A DNA stretch of 62,386 nt, filler included. It is 10 parts of 10 records of this genome, joined end to end, with 100 filler letters (N's around TTAATTAATTAA, not from the genome) between each part and the next. Parts side by side here need not be neighbours in the genome. Positions count along the whole stretch, not along the records: positions 12,479 to 17,512 come from SRR31147125_116569; positions 17,613 to 22,738 come from SRR31147125_116815; positions 22,839 to 27,872 come from SRR31147125_116825; 7 more parts are not named here. One strand, given 5' to 3'. Below the pieces are notes generated by a model. It did not search any database. It worked only from the letters and a program-made list of their open reading frames with translations, and was not told the DNA's origin. A program made the translations under genes and the position numbers. The number at the start of each line of letters is the position of its first letter. Positions within the stretch are counted from its first letter, which is position 1. Positions 12,480 to 23,495 of this stretch are shown piece by piece.

Positions 12480-13133
12480 TTATTTCTGTCCGATGATAGC
12501 AGCTAATTGCGTATCATCTATGTACTTTGCTGAATAGGTTTCCCCTGCTTTCGACAGCTGTCTGTCAAATGCCCGTATATGGTTTTCAGACCCGCGCAGC
12601 AGATTATCATAGGTACGGGTAATGTCTTCTTTGTCGGTTTCCGATAAAAGATCGAGCAGGTCTTTGATATCCAAATCTTCAATTTCAGCCCCTACCATCA
12701 ACGCATCAGTATATGATCTGCTTCCCTGAGCTACGAGAGCATCATACAGTGTCTGCAGATATGGATCAGAAAACACTCCCACGGTTTCATCCTGGATCGG
12801 ATCAGGGATTCCGTAGGTATTCAGCAATGTAAGCATGGCATCCATATGCTTCTCCTCGCTACGGGCTATATTGAAAAAAATGCGGGCATCCCACATTTCT
12901 CCCAAAGTCAGGTATACATCCATTGCCAGTTTCTCTTCCTCCCGCATCAGAAGCAGGCCTTTATATTCCTCAACAGAAAGATTATCCGGTATATCCTGTT
13001 CTTGAACTGTTTGAGTTTCAGAAATGATTTTCGTATCCGGTATTGTTTCAGACACTCCTTCAGCGGTTATTCCCATGGAACCAGCCAGAAATACAAATGA
13101 GGATAATAACCAAATTAAGCTTCTCTTTTTCAT
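12480..13133 (-). CDS. Exported ferritin-like DUF2202 protein
   Basis: Signal peptide; MREEEKLA.DVY, SE..H, IEDLDI.DL, GSENH. Confidence 0.85.
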   Translation of the reverse strand: MKKRSLIWLLSSFVFLAGSMGITAEGVSETIPDTKIISETQTVQEQDIPDNLSVEEYKGLLLMREEEKLAMDVYLTLGEMWDARIFFNIARSEEKHMDAMLTLLNTYGIPDPIQDETVGVFSDPYLQTLYDALVAQGSRSYTDALMVGAEIEDLDIKDLLDLLSETDKEDITRTYDNLLRGSENHIRAFDRQLSKAGETYSAKYIDDTQLAAIIGQK

Positions 13134-13319
13134 TTTTACACTTCTCCATTTTTAATAATGTAATAATCTATTGTTATTCTGAACAGAATATACAACCGGT
13201 AAATAAATTACAGAATAACTAAGGGTTAAGCTTTCTTAACCATTCATCTTCTCAGGTTGGTTGAAAATGGATACAATGCTCTTGCTCGGTGATACCAACC
13301 ACGGCAAGGAGGACGATAC

Positions 13320-13709
13320 GTGAAAACAGCTGCCATACGAAATATCATTTTAATCGGAATTCTCTGTTTTCTCCTGCTTGTGGGCTGTACACGCGGCTCA
13401 TATTCCCTGAGGCAAGGCAGTATTCAATTCGGGGATACAACTGCTTCCGGTTCATATACACGCTTCAATGGATATCAGGAAAAAAGAATAAAGCTGAATG
13501 CAGGAGACTTGGTGCAGATATCTGCCTCCGTAGCGACCAATTCCGGTACGTGTACCATCTCCCTGCAGAACAGCGAAAAGCAAACGCTCATGCTGATGGT
13601 CGGTTCAGGGAGCGGGCATATCGAAATCATAAAGGACGGAATCTATTGGCTTCGGGTATCCGGAGATGAACACAACGGGTCTTTTGTCCTGTCATGGATT
13701 ATACAATGA
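13320..13709 (+). CDS. Hypothetical lipoprotein
   Basis: ggagg RBS, GTG start, LLVGC lipobox. Confidence 0.7.
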   Translation: MKTAAIRNIILIGILCFLLLVGCTRGSYSLRQGSIQFGDTTASGSYTRFNGYQEKRIKLNAGDLVQISASVATNSGTCTISLQNSEKQTLMLMVGSGSGHIEIIKDGIYWLRVSGDEHNGSFVLSWIIQ

Positions 13710-13845
13710 AAAAATAATCATCTTAAGCTTTTTGCTGCTTTATGCGGTCACGGTTCCCGCTGCTGAACTATTTCTACCATCAGGAAGACTACATCTCAAT
13801 CAGTGTTTCATTGTGATAAATGAAACTTACAGATAGAAAAGGGAT

Positions 13846-13871
13846 AAAAAAAGGCTGCCCGAAGGCAGCCT
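13846..13871 (-). terminator. Rho-independent terminator
   Basis: aggctgcc-cgaa-ggcagcct stem with a T-tract on the minus strand after the 13899 stop. Confidence 0.8.
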
Positions 13872-13898
13872 GAATAAACTGGAATAATATAACTGGAT

Positions 13899-16486
13899 TT
13901 ACAAATCCACCTTACCGCTGATATCCCACGACAGGGAAATCTCATCTTTGGAATCATCCAGGATATTATTCGTAAATCCGCCGTCAATTCCGAGATTGAC
14001 GGTGAATGGTCCAAAAGATTTTTTCATACCAAGACCTGCTTCAAACTCAAACTCTTCTCGTGCGGCCCCGCCGGCATATGTGTCAGTAATCTCGACATCG
14101 ATATTCATCTTGTCTATGAAAAACAGTGGGAAGCCGAAATCAATTCCGTAGGAAAATACCGTATCAGTTGCGGCGGTATCTCCCCATGCGTGTGAAAAAG
14201 AGGGCTTCATGGTGAAATTGGAGATTGCCAATTTTGGTGTTACATCATAACTGAATTCCCAAAGCGTATCGCTGTTTGCCGCACCTTCTTTCAGGAAGTA
14301 GGTTGTATAGGTGTTTGATGTAGAACCACTAAGACTCATGACAAAATCGCCTAATTCCAGCTTGCCGCTTTTCCACAGAGCAGAACCGGTATGGGCCATT
14401 GTCTCGGTATTTTTTGTTGAGTTTGCCAGACTGAGGGCAGCCGCGTTAGTAAGCGCCCACTCAAAGTCATACCGTAATCCAAGCGATCCCAACAAGCCCC
14501 AGGAAGGCGTCGAGAACTCAGCAGTTGCTTCATGGGTAATGTCCGAAATATCATCGTCGGTATAGACAACCGCTCCGCCGCCAATCGACATGAAGAGCGG
14601 AAGTATTTCACTGGTCACAATATCGGGAATATTGTTCATATTAAACGCGTATCCGATATCAATTCCGAAATCTCCGATCTCCCAGTTACCGGCCCCGCCG
14701 ATATCCAGCAGGTCAGTTGAAACTGAAGCACCAAGACTCTTATAGGATGAATCGGTTTTGTAGAACCAGCCCTCAAGTCCAAGCGGATCAATGGTCAGCT
14801 TTCCACCATACATCACACCCCAAAGATCCTGATTGACCGCGCTGGCGGCCAGTCCCAGAGCAGGGGAAAGTAGTCAAACAGCGGGATTATGGCAAAAATC
14901 GATTCAAGTGTCGTGAGTACGGGATCTATGGAATCAGCTGTTGCCTGGTCGATGAAACCCGCGGATACAAGGTCGGCAATCATAGCATCGATGGCAACCG
15001 GGTTGGATGAATCATTTGTGTAAAGAGTAACCCCGATATCACCCGACAGGGTAAACCATGGAGTGTTTATGCCAGTTCCAACTCCGAGAACAAGGTTCTG
15101 TTCAGGATTAACCGCGCCTAAATCGTAGAGAGTTTCGATTGATACATGGCCGGCATCCCCCAAGGTTTCATAGCGTCCCTGAAAATCGGAAATCAGTGAT
15201 AGGTTGGTCTGCAGCCAGTAGTAGTCAAAAAAGTTGAGTCCTAACTGGAATCCAAGGAAATTCTGCGGCCAGTCCTCCTTATATGTTCCGAGTTGAGTAA
15301 GCCCCTTCCCAACAGCCAGCTCAAGTATGGGAATAGAAATTGATGCCGATGTTCCGCGGAAATTCAGGTCTTTAACGGTTTTATCGCTGAAGGAGATAGA
15401 CTGGTCACCAAAGCTGTAGGTCAGAATATCTTCGAATAGTGTCAATCCGGCGAAATATGAATTACCTGAGATGAAACTGCGTGTATCATTTGCCCCGAAG
15501 GTCATTTCATTGTCAAAATTCCAGGGGTGCCATAGCCTCATTATATCGTAAAAATCGGAAATTAAAGCGGATGGAACCGCTTCAATGATTTCCAGAATTT
15601 CCCGAGAATCCTGCAGCTGCATTTCAATAGCCAGTTCCAATGGTCCGGCTTTCAGCAGCGTGGAGGCTCCCATATCATATTCGAATTCAAAAGAGTGGGT
15701 TGAACCGGTGAAAATAGCGAAATCGAAAGTTGACTGTGCTATACTTCCATTGCCGGAATAACCGATTCCGGCATTCAGAAATACATCGCCAGTTGCTGCG
15801 AAGAAAGGCTCAGGACCTTCAACTGAATCCTCCTCAGTAACTTCCGCTCGCTGCAGCACATATTCGGTAGTGAAATAAGATTCGTTGCCATGTATATCAG
15901 CTACGGTTAGTTCGAGTTTTGAGCGGTCTGCTATGGATGACGGAGTGATGATAAGACGGATTACTCCGTCACTTTCTTCAATGTTGGCAACCTCTTCTCC
16001 CTCGAATGAAGCTGACAGGAGCTGGACATCGCTTTCATCATTAGCCCGTACGATTACTATCTGTGAAACCCCTTCCATGAGAATGGGTTCTTCCGGGAAT
16101 ACCGGCTCTACTTCAGGCGGAGCCGTGTCGGAAAGCAGTTCTGTGATATTCTCACCCTCGACGGGTACGCGAACCACATCGTCCTGATCCGTTATGATCT
16201 CAGCAAACCAGACAATTTCTCCTACCGGCAGAAGTACGTTGGGTATTGTCAGTGACCAGACAGACTCCACCTGTTGCAGGTCTCCATATACCAGTGTGTC
16301 GCCTACCTTAGGGTAGAAATAAAAGCGGGCCAACTTGATGGGTGCGTCGGTCATGGCCGGAACCAGGGTAATGGTCATATCTTCATACGATACCGGGTTT
16401 TCAGGCAACTGCAGTGAATACCCAGCCAGGGGAGCGGAAACGATTATACAGATTGCTGCAATTATGATAAGTTTTTTCATCTCCAT
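13899..16486 (-). CDS. Large exported, probably outer-membrane protein; two ORFs likely one gene split near 14860
   Basis: Signal peptide; the alternative frame ALGLAASAVNQDLWGVMYGG joins ORF 14813-16486 to 13899-14816; beta-strand-rich C-terminus. Confidence 0.6.
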
Positions 16487-16492
16487 ACCTCC

Positions 16493-17512
16493 TTATTCTT
16501 CTTCCCAGGATTCGAAATCGACATCCCAGATATAGGAACCCGGCTCAAGGTCGATGATTTTATTTTGCCTGCCAGCGGTTATGAACAGCTTTAATGATCC
16601 GTTTCCAGAAATATCAAAAGTGGACTGGTCAAACAGGAACATACCACTGGTCGGGTCAATATCTCTATTGGGATTACTGGGCTGTTGAATGGTAACGGGC
16701 TGTACAAAATCAAGGATTATCGCAACGGCAACGGGTTGAGGAGGAGCGTTGTTCAACAGATCAAAAATATTTCTTGCGTCTAGCAGAGGAATGTTTGGTG
16801 TATTGCTATTGAGAGGAACTAACAATGTATGGTTTACCGTTATCATATAAATTCTGGAGATGTAATCCCCATCAAGACTTTCACCAATTACCGTAACCGT
16901 ATGCGTGCCGGAGGATAAATTGGTTCCCGGAGTCAATATGCTACCGGTTGCTACTATTCCGTCAATATTTGATAGCCAGGTGATCTGAGCTTCATCGAGT
17001 GGTGTTCCGTCACGGTTGGTTATCGCAACTGAAATGGTATCGGTTGACGAATTGTTATATACCCCTGTTTCCATATCAGGTGTGCTGGCTAAACTCATTT
17101 CCCCTAGAACAGTTATGCTGAAAGAGGTGCTCCCAAGAAGCTGACCTGCATCATCAAATGCTTTACAGTAGATGGTATAGGGTCCTGGTTCGGTAAGATG
17201 CGCTGACAAGTTGATTTCCAAACCGTTACCGAGCGGATCAGTATGCCGGCTGCTCTCCCAGGAAAGTGAGTGATAGTTGATACCTTGTACGGTTGCTGTA
17301 ACGGTCCAATCTGATGAATCAGGCAATCGTTGATCCAGAGTCTCAGGAGTTGGATTCAGTGTAATGCCTGAAACCACCTCGATAACCTGTACGGTCAGGA
17401 CAAGTTCCCGCCTGATCTCGTTTTCGGTAACCACGATGGTAACAGTATGCAAACCCGGAGTTTTCAAGGTTTCTGATGTTATTGTGAGCAGATAGGTTCT
17501 CTGCTGTGAGTC
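16493..17512 (-). CDS. 5'-partial surface protein with PKD/Ig-like repeats
   Basis: Repeated W.S....LG.G and PG.HT(V/I)T(V/I) motifs. Confidence 0.6.
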   Translation of the reverse strand, partial: DSQQRTYLLTITSETLKTPGLHTVTIVVTENEIRRELVLTVQVIEVVSGITLNPTPETLDQRLPDSSDWTVTATVQGINYHSLSWESSRHTDPLGNGLEINLSAHLTEPGPYTIYCKAFDDAGQLLGSTSFSITVLGEMSLASTPDMETGVYNNSSTDTISVAITNRDGTPLDEAQITWLSNIDGIVATGSILTPGTNLSSGTHTVTVIGESLDGDYISRIYMITVNHTLLVPLNSNTPNIPLLDARNIFDLLNNAPPQPVAVAIILDFVQPVTIQQPSNPNRDIDPTSGMFLFDQSTFDISGNGSLKLFITAGRQNKIIDLEPGSYIWDVDFESWEEE

Positions 17513-17612
17513 NNNNNNNNNNNNNNNNNNNNNNNNNNNNNNNNNNNNNNNNNNNNTTAATTAATTAANNNNNNNNNNNNNNNNNNNNNNNNNNNNNNNN
17601 NNNNNNNNNNNN

Positions 17613-18475
17613 AAAAAGGCGGCTACCTTGACGGGAATCAGCACCATGAGCAGCACGGCAGAGGAGAGGATAGCCAGATCCGGCAGTTCTGCCATGCCAA
17701 TGGTGATAAAAAATCCCACAAGGAAAAGGTCCTTAAAGCCCAACATGGCATTGGCCAGCTCATCAGTCTTGGGATGGCCGGCCAGAAGCATCCCCAGCAG
17801 CAAAGCGCCCAGATCCGGCTTCAGCCCCACAGATTCAAACAAGGAGGCGCCGGCAATGGGCAGGATACATGCCAGCAGCACCAACAGTTCACCGTGGCCG
17901 CTGGAATTCAGAATCCTAAACAGGGGCCGGCGAAGAAAATAAAGGCCCCCAAGCCCCAGGGCCAGTGGAGAGGGCAGTTTCCCGGCGGAAAAGGTAATAA
18001 AGATCACAGCAAACAAATCCTGCATGATCAGGACACCGATTGAGATCCGCCCCTGCTTGGATCCCATATCGCCCCGCTGTTCCAGGATTTTCACCGCAAA
18101 TACTGTTGAGGAAAAGCTCAGGGCAAAGGCGGCAAGCAGGCACTGCCCCGGGGCAAGCCCCTGGAAATACAATACCCCGAGCAGGCTGAGGACAAACAGG
18201 GCGACCCCGGTCAGCCCCATCACAAGCATCATATGCAGGGAGGCCACCGCCCAGATCTGGGGTTCCAGAAGATTTTTAACCTTTACCTTAAGGCCGATGC
18301 TGAAAAGCAGGAGGATCACACCGATATCGGCCAGTTCATGGAGGTTGGGCGAAGCCTCGAATCCCACCAGGTTCAGGGCGAACCCGGCCGCCAGAAATCC
18401 CACCAGGGGAGGCAGGCTCACCTGCTGGGCGGCAAACCCGAATAAAAACGCCGTGATGATCAGTACAATATCCAT
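17613..18475 (-). CDS. CPA2-family cation:proton antiporter (Kef-like), 3'-partial
   Basis: LPPLVGFLAAG, LLFSIGL, SFSST, GVLIMQD, FKDLFLVGFF. Confidence 0.9.
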
Positions 18476-18617
18476 TTTTTATACCATATCGTATCTTGGC
18501 CGGATAAAAATAAAGACACCATGTCTATAACGGCACAAAACGGGGTCTGTCAATAATTAAACCTGCCCGTTGTTTTGCCGGGGACGCCGCTGTAGGCTAA
18601 AAACGGATCAGATCAAA

Positions 18618-19808
18618 TTAAGGGCCGCCCACAGGCAGGGTCAGGATCGGAACCTGGCCCGGCATGCTGTCTGATATGGCGAGGCGGTAGAATTCGGATA
18701 AAATCAGAAAGGTTGATTTGGATGTCATGTCGGTTTCATCAATGTAGAACCAGAAATCCCTGTATTTTACGGCAAGGCTTGCCCTGGGGCGCTCCTGGGA
18801 TGAGTGGATTTTAAAAAAATGGGTCAGATCCTGGATTCCGCCTGGCAGCGGCCATTCCCGGGTGGTGACCTTGCTTTCCAGGTGGGATTCAGGGGGCTGA
18901 ACCGCCTGGGACAGGTAAACAATGGCCCCCAGAAGGGAACGGGTGCGGATGACGATGGACCGGTAAGCGACCGCCCTGCGGTAAAGACCGGCGCCGGTCC
19001 TGATATCATAGGGCGGGTGTGAATCCTCTGCCAGCCTGAGCATTTTTCTCACCGGACTTGTCTGGCCCGGTTTGTCATCACGTATCCACATGACAGGCTG
19101 GGGAACGGTCCGTGTCAGCCGCAGCGTATCCCGGCCGGCCACCTTCTCAAACCGATATCCTGCACGTGCGGCATTGAGCATGTCGCCCCCGGTGATCCGA
19201 TGGGCTTCAACAGGGCCTGACAGGTATTCCTGGCGTTCCATGAACCCCACCAGCAGATCCCCGGACCGTTGCATCCCAAGGAGGGAGCGGGCCAGGGCAT
19301 TGAACTCCGGCACGGAGAACCCCGGCTCATTTACGATCCCGTTGATCTCAGACCCCAGCAGGGTAAGCAGGTGATAAATGGGCCAGTCTGAGGCCGCCAG
19401 ATAGGCAAAGGTGCTGATATCCACCGGCTGGGTCAGACGCCGGGCAAATTCGGCTCCCCTCTGGGGGGTAAAGGTGAATGTGGGCCGGTCTGAAAAGCTC
19501 AGTTCAGGTACCGCAAGGTTAGTGGTTGAACCGCGGTCCGTACCGATCCGCCCCCCCAGAGAAACACTGACCGACGTCTGGGCGGATATGGAATTGGTGG
19601 CCAGAAACTCAATGGTATCCAGGTATCGCAACCGGACGATATTCAGGAGCAGCTCTTCGTCCGATGCGGCCTTGACACTGGTATTATACGCCATATGCCC
19701 CTGGCGGAGGGTTTTGGGGCCCATGGTGCATCCCCCAAGTATCCAGGCAAAACCGACACATGTTAGAATCAGGCGAAAAAATGGTGTATTGCTAAAGCGA
19801 TGAGTCAT
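18618..19808 (-). CDS. Hypothetical lipoprotein
   Basis: LGGC lipobox; 396-aa ORF with LLNIVRLRY motif. Confidence 0.7.
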   Translation of the reverse strand: MTHRFSNTPFFRLILTCVGFAWILGGCTMGPKTLRQGHMAYNTSVKAASDEELLLNIVRLRYLDTIEFLATNSISAQTSVSVSLGGRIGTDRGSTTNLAVPELSFSDRPTFTFTPQRGAEFARRLTQPVDISTFAYLAASDWPIYHLLTLLGSEINGIVNEPGFSVPEFNALARSLLGMQRSGDLLVGFMERQEYLSGPVEAHRITGGDMLNAARAGYRFEKVAGRDTLRLTRTVPQPVMWIRDDKPGQTSPVRKMLRLAEDSHPPYDIRTGAGLYRRAVAYRSIVIRTRSLLGAIVYLSQAVQPPESHLESKVTTREWPLPGGIQDLTHFFKIHSSQERPRASLAVKYRDFWFYIDETDMTSKSTFLILSEFYRLAISDSMPGQVPILTLPVGGP

Positions 19809-19919
19809 AGTTTCTGCTATCCGATTTTAGAACACCCTGATTTAAAGCTTTAAATTATAGAGATAGAAAAAGCAGATAGCAATCGAAAAATGCCTGGCCC
19901 GGATTCCGGATCAATCAGA

Positions 19920-20831
19920 TCAGCCTCTTTTCATCAGATCCCCCTTGAATGCCCCGGCGGCCACAAGCCTTGTGACTGCGGAAGTGTTGCATACGGCCAT
20001 GACCACCCCTGAAAAAAGATACTCTATAATCAGATAAAAGGCGGAAAATACGGCCAGGGAATTGATTTCAAGAAAGCTGACGGCGATGACGATGCCCATG
20101 GCCGAATTATGCAGCCCCACTTCAATGGCCAGGGTCAGGATATGTTTCCGGGCAAGGCGGAAAAGCCTGCTGACCAAAGCCCCCATCAGAAAGCTTAAAA
20201 AACAGAGGCCCGAGGCGATGAGGGCCAGCTCTTTATAATTGAGCATCAATGTTTCGCGTTCCATATAGAGGGCATAGGAAGCCAGGAAGGCCAGGAAGAC
20301 CAGGGTCCATTTTTTCACTCCGTTTTCCGCTCTTTTGGCCGGGCCGGGAAATTTAACCCGTGCTGCCATGCCCAAGGCAATGGGCGGCACCGTGATCAGG
20401 ATAATGCCCAAAGAGAGGTTCATGGCAGCCACCTGCCCAGCCGCCTCCTGCCCCATGAAATACCCCAAACTCAGGGTGACGATAAAGGGGATGGTGACCA
20501 CGGTGATCAGGCTGTTCACGGCGGTGAGGCTGACCGAAAGGGCCACATCCCCCTTTGACATGTATGAAACCAGGTTGGTTATGGCACCGCCGGGACAGGC
20601 GGACAATATCATCACAGAGGCTGCCAGTACGGGGTTCAAATCCAGAACCAGTACAAAGGCAAGGCCCAGGACCGGCAGCCCGATGATTTGAAGCACCACG
20701 CCGATGGAGACCTCCCTGGGCCGGCGCCACACCCGCTTAAAATCATCCATGGTTAATGAGAGCCCCATGCCGAACATGATCAATGCGATGGCAAGGGGGG
20801 TGATGATCCGGGTGATGATTGACGGTTCCAT
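19920..20831 (-). CDS. Bile acid:sodium symporter (BASS) family protein
   Basis: IMFGMGLSL, CPGG..TN, GDVALSVSLT, EVGLHN. Confidence 0.9.
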   Translation of the reverse strand: MEPSIITRIITPLAIALIMFGMGLSLTMDDFKRVWRRPREVSIGVVLQIIGLPVLGLAFVLVLDLNPVLAASVMILSACPGGAITNLVSYMSKGDVALSVSLTAVNSLITVVTIPFIVTLSLGYFMGQEAAGQVAAMNLSLGIILITVPPIALGMAARVKFPGPAKRAENGVKKWTLVFLAFLASYALYMERETLMLNYKELALIASGLCFLSFLMGALVSRLFRLARKHILTLAIEVGLHNSAMGIVIAVSFLEINSLAVFSAFYLIIEYLFSGVVMAVCNTSAVTRLVAAGAFKGDLMKRG

Positions 20832-20896
20832 GGGGCCTCTTTCGGGGCTTAAAAATCGGTTAAAGGGGACCTCTGATATTCAGGATCAGAGGAGGC

Positions 20897-22594
20897 CTAA
20901 AGCATTTCCGCCATGGCCAGTGCCTTTGACCCCGGGCCGATGACATTGGGATCGGTCATGACATTGATGCAGGTTGTCTTGCCTGAGGCAAAGGCCTGAT
21001 CCAGGGCCGGGAGGATATCCCCTTGTTTTTCCACCAGGATGCCGTTACCTCCCAGGGCCTTGAAGGCTTCATGGTAGGGCGAATTCCCGATGTCCACGGT
21101 GCCGGGAATATGGTGCTTGAATTTCATGGCCATGCTGTTGGAGGTCATCCCCCATTTCCCATTGTTGTCAATGACCACCACAATGGGCAGATCTTTTCTG
21201 ATGGATGTCTCAATCTCCATGAAATTAAAGCCCACGGATCCGTCTCCGGTATAGACCAGGACCCGCCTCTCCCTGTTGATGAGCTTGGCGGCCAAACCGT
21301 AGGGCAGGCCTACACCCAGGCAGCCGAACAGGGAGGAGTCGATGATATTCAAGGGGCGCCTGCAGTTCCTTGCCCCGGAGATCCAGGTCTGGGCATCCCC
21401 GCCGTCGGCCACGATGATATCATCCTTCCGGTCCATGAATTCATTAACCTGTGCCGCCAGAATCCCGGGATTGATCTGTTCGGAACCGGTATGGACTTCG
21501 GCTTGGGCGGCCGCTTTCATCTCTTTGTCCGTGGCGGCCAGCCGGTCTGTCCAGCCGGAAAAACGGGTTTTGAAATCCATCCCGCTTTCCGAAGCCGCCC
21601 TGCGGCATTTTGAGACCAGGGCCCTGATATCAGCGAATACGGCCAGGTCAATGGACTTGTTCCGACCGATCTCCTCGGGCTCGATATCCACCTGGATGAT
21701 TTTTGCACCGGGATTGTAGAAGGCCCCGAAAACATTATAGAGGCAGAGCCGATTCCCCAGGAGAATGACCAGGTCGGCTTCGGTGGTGGCCATGCCGGCG
21801 CATCCGGGGATGGTGGGTATGGAAGAGCCGAAACAGAGGGGATGGGTATCGGGGATCAGCCCCCTGCCCATTTTCAGGGTAAAGGCCGGAATGCCGGTCT
21901 CTTCGATAAATGCCTTCAATTCATCACCGGCCCCGGAATAATAGGCCCCGCTTCCTGCCATGATGACGGGCCGGCTGGATTCCGACAGCATTTCCACCAT
22001 CTTTTGGGCGTCATTTTCATCCACGGGCCTGGAGAGGGATTTGGTGCTCACCCAGTTGACCTTGTCCGGTGCGACATCGGCATCCAGAACATCCACGGGC
22101 AGTTCCAGAAACACGGGCCCGGGCCGCCCCTGGGAAGCATACCGGAATGCCATATCAATGTATTCGGGGATCCGTTCGGCCTTGCGGCAGACAAAGGACT
22201 TTTTCACGATGGATTCAATGATGGGCCGCTGGCGCATATCCTGAAGCCCCAGGCGGTCCGGTGATTTTGTCCCGTGGGCCCCTGCGATCAATACCACGGG
22301 GGCATTGGTCATCTGGGCGTTGACCATGGCCGAGATGGTATTGGAAAACCCGGGGCCGAAGGTCACCAGAACCACCCCGGGCCTGCCTGTCATCCGGGCA
22401 TAGGCTTCGGCCATAAAACCTGCAGCCTGCTCATGCCTTGTGGTTATGATCTCAATGGGGGTTTCTTCCACGGCATATTGAACCGGGCTGATGCTTTCCC
22501 CGGGAAGCCCGAATATATATTCCACTCCTGCCTGTAAAAACGCATCCTTGATCAGACTCCATCCTTTTGGTTCTTTTGAGGTCTCTTTCATCAT
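20897..22594 (-). CDS. ThDP-dependent enzyme (acetolactate synthase-like / 2-hydroxyacyl-CoA lyase family)
   Basis: TRHEQAAGFMAEAYAR, GPGFSN, GRPGPV, GDGS...NNG ThDP motif. Confidence 0.9.
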   Translation of the reverse strand: MMKETSKEPKGWSLIKDAFLQAGVEYIFGLPGESISPVQYAVEETPIEIITTRHEQAAGFMAEAYARMTGRPGVVLVTFGPGFSNTISAMVNAQMTNAPVVLIAGAHGTKSPDRLGLQDMRQRPIIESIVKKSFVCRKAERIPEYIDMAFRYASQGRPGPVFLELPVDVLDADVAPDKVNWVSTKSLSRPVDENDAQKMVEMLSESSRPVIMAGSGAYYSGAGDELKAFIEETGIPAFTLKMGRGLIPDTHPLCFGSSIPTIPGCAGMATTEADLVILLGNRLCLYNVFGAFYNPGAKIIQVDIEPEEIGRNKSIDLAVFADIRALVSKCRRAASESGMDFKTRFSGWTDRLAATDKEMKAAAQAEVHTGSEQINPGILAAQVNEFMDRKDDIIVADGGDAQTWISGARNCRRPLNIIDSSLFGCLGVGLPYGLAAKLINRERRVLVYTGDGSVGFNFMEIETSIRKDLPIVVVIDNNGKWGMTSNSMAMKFKHHIPGTVDIGNSPYHEAFKALGGNGILVEKQGDILPALDQAFASGKTTCINVMTDPNVIGPGSKALAMAEML

Positions 22595-22626
22595 CCGGCA
22601 CTCCTTTATTAATTATTCTTGTGGTA

Positions 22627-22738
22627 TTAAACCAGCCCTTCCTGCTTCAGCCATTGGTAACAATCTGTAACCATTTCGCTAATGGTCCCGGTCCTGAATC
22701 CCAGAACCCGGGCGGCCCTGGCGTCGTCACAGGCCAGG
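22627..22738 (-). CDS. C-terminal fragment, probably an NAD-dependent epimerase/dehydratase
   Basis: LACDDARAARVLGF...MVTDCYQWLKQEGLV*. Confidence 0.45.
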
Positions 22739-22839
22739 NNNNNNNNNNNNNNNNNNNNNNNNNNNNNNNNNNNNNNNNNNNNTTAATTAATTAANNNNNN
22801 NNNNNNNNNNNNNNNNNNNNNNNNNNNNNNNNNNNNNNG

Positions 22840-23091
22840 ATATGGGAAAAGGAACATGGTCCGCTGCCGGCTGGGTGTCGAGTTCTCTTTGCAGACAGCA
22901 ACAGGCAAAACTTCAATCTTGACAACCTGATCCTAGTGTCCCGGGCACAGCTGGTCAGGCTGAACCAGAACAAACTGATAACGAACGATCCGGACGCTAC
23001 CAGGACAGGCATCATCATCGCAGATCTTCATATCCAGATCGCAGCCGCCAAGAGGCGGGAAAAGAAAGCCAAGAAGGAGGTATCACCATGA
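22840..23091 (+). CDS. Phage HNH endonuclease (HNH_3-like), 5'-partial
   Basis: IWEKEHGPLPAG..V.F.D.N.QN...DNL.LVSR. Confidence 0.75.
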   Translation: MWEKEHGPLPAGCRVLFADSNRQNFNLDNLILVSRAQLVRLNQNKLITNDPDATRTGIIIADLHIQIAAAKRREKKAKKEVSP

Positions 23092-23477
23092 GCTTACGAG
23101 ACGCAAGGATGCACGCTAACCTTCAGGGCCAGCATGTGTCAAAGTACCTTCAGCTGACTGTCGACCGGCGAATCGACTCAGGCCTATACAGCAAGATGGA
23201 GAACAATCTTTGCCGACCAACACCAAAACAGTTCAGGGCGATTTGCGAGTTCATCGGCGTGGACCCTTCTGAAATCTACAGCCCGAAAGATGTCGATTAT
23301 GGCATCCCGGCCAGAAAGCCCAGGACGGCCGTTCAGTCCCGCAAGCAGCCAGCGACCTACAAATTAACCGTGAGGCTCCTAATGCCGCTTGCAAGTGACT
23401 TGCAAGCGAAGCTATCACGGAACGGATACCCAAGCATAACGGCGTTCGTATGTGACTGCGTCCGCCAGCTCAAATAA
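23088..23477 (+). CDS. XRE-family HTH DNA-binding protein
   Basis: LRDAR...YSKMEN...P...AICEFIGV; aggagg RBS. Confidence 0.65.
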   Translation: MSLRDARMHANLQGQHVSKYLQLTVDRRIDSGLYSKMENNLCRPTPKQFRAICEFIGVDPSEIYSPKDVDYGIPARKPRTAVQSRKQPATYKLTVRLLMPLASDLQAKLSRNGYPSITAFVCDCVRQLK

Positions 23478-23495
23478 TCATCGGAGGGAAACAAC

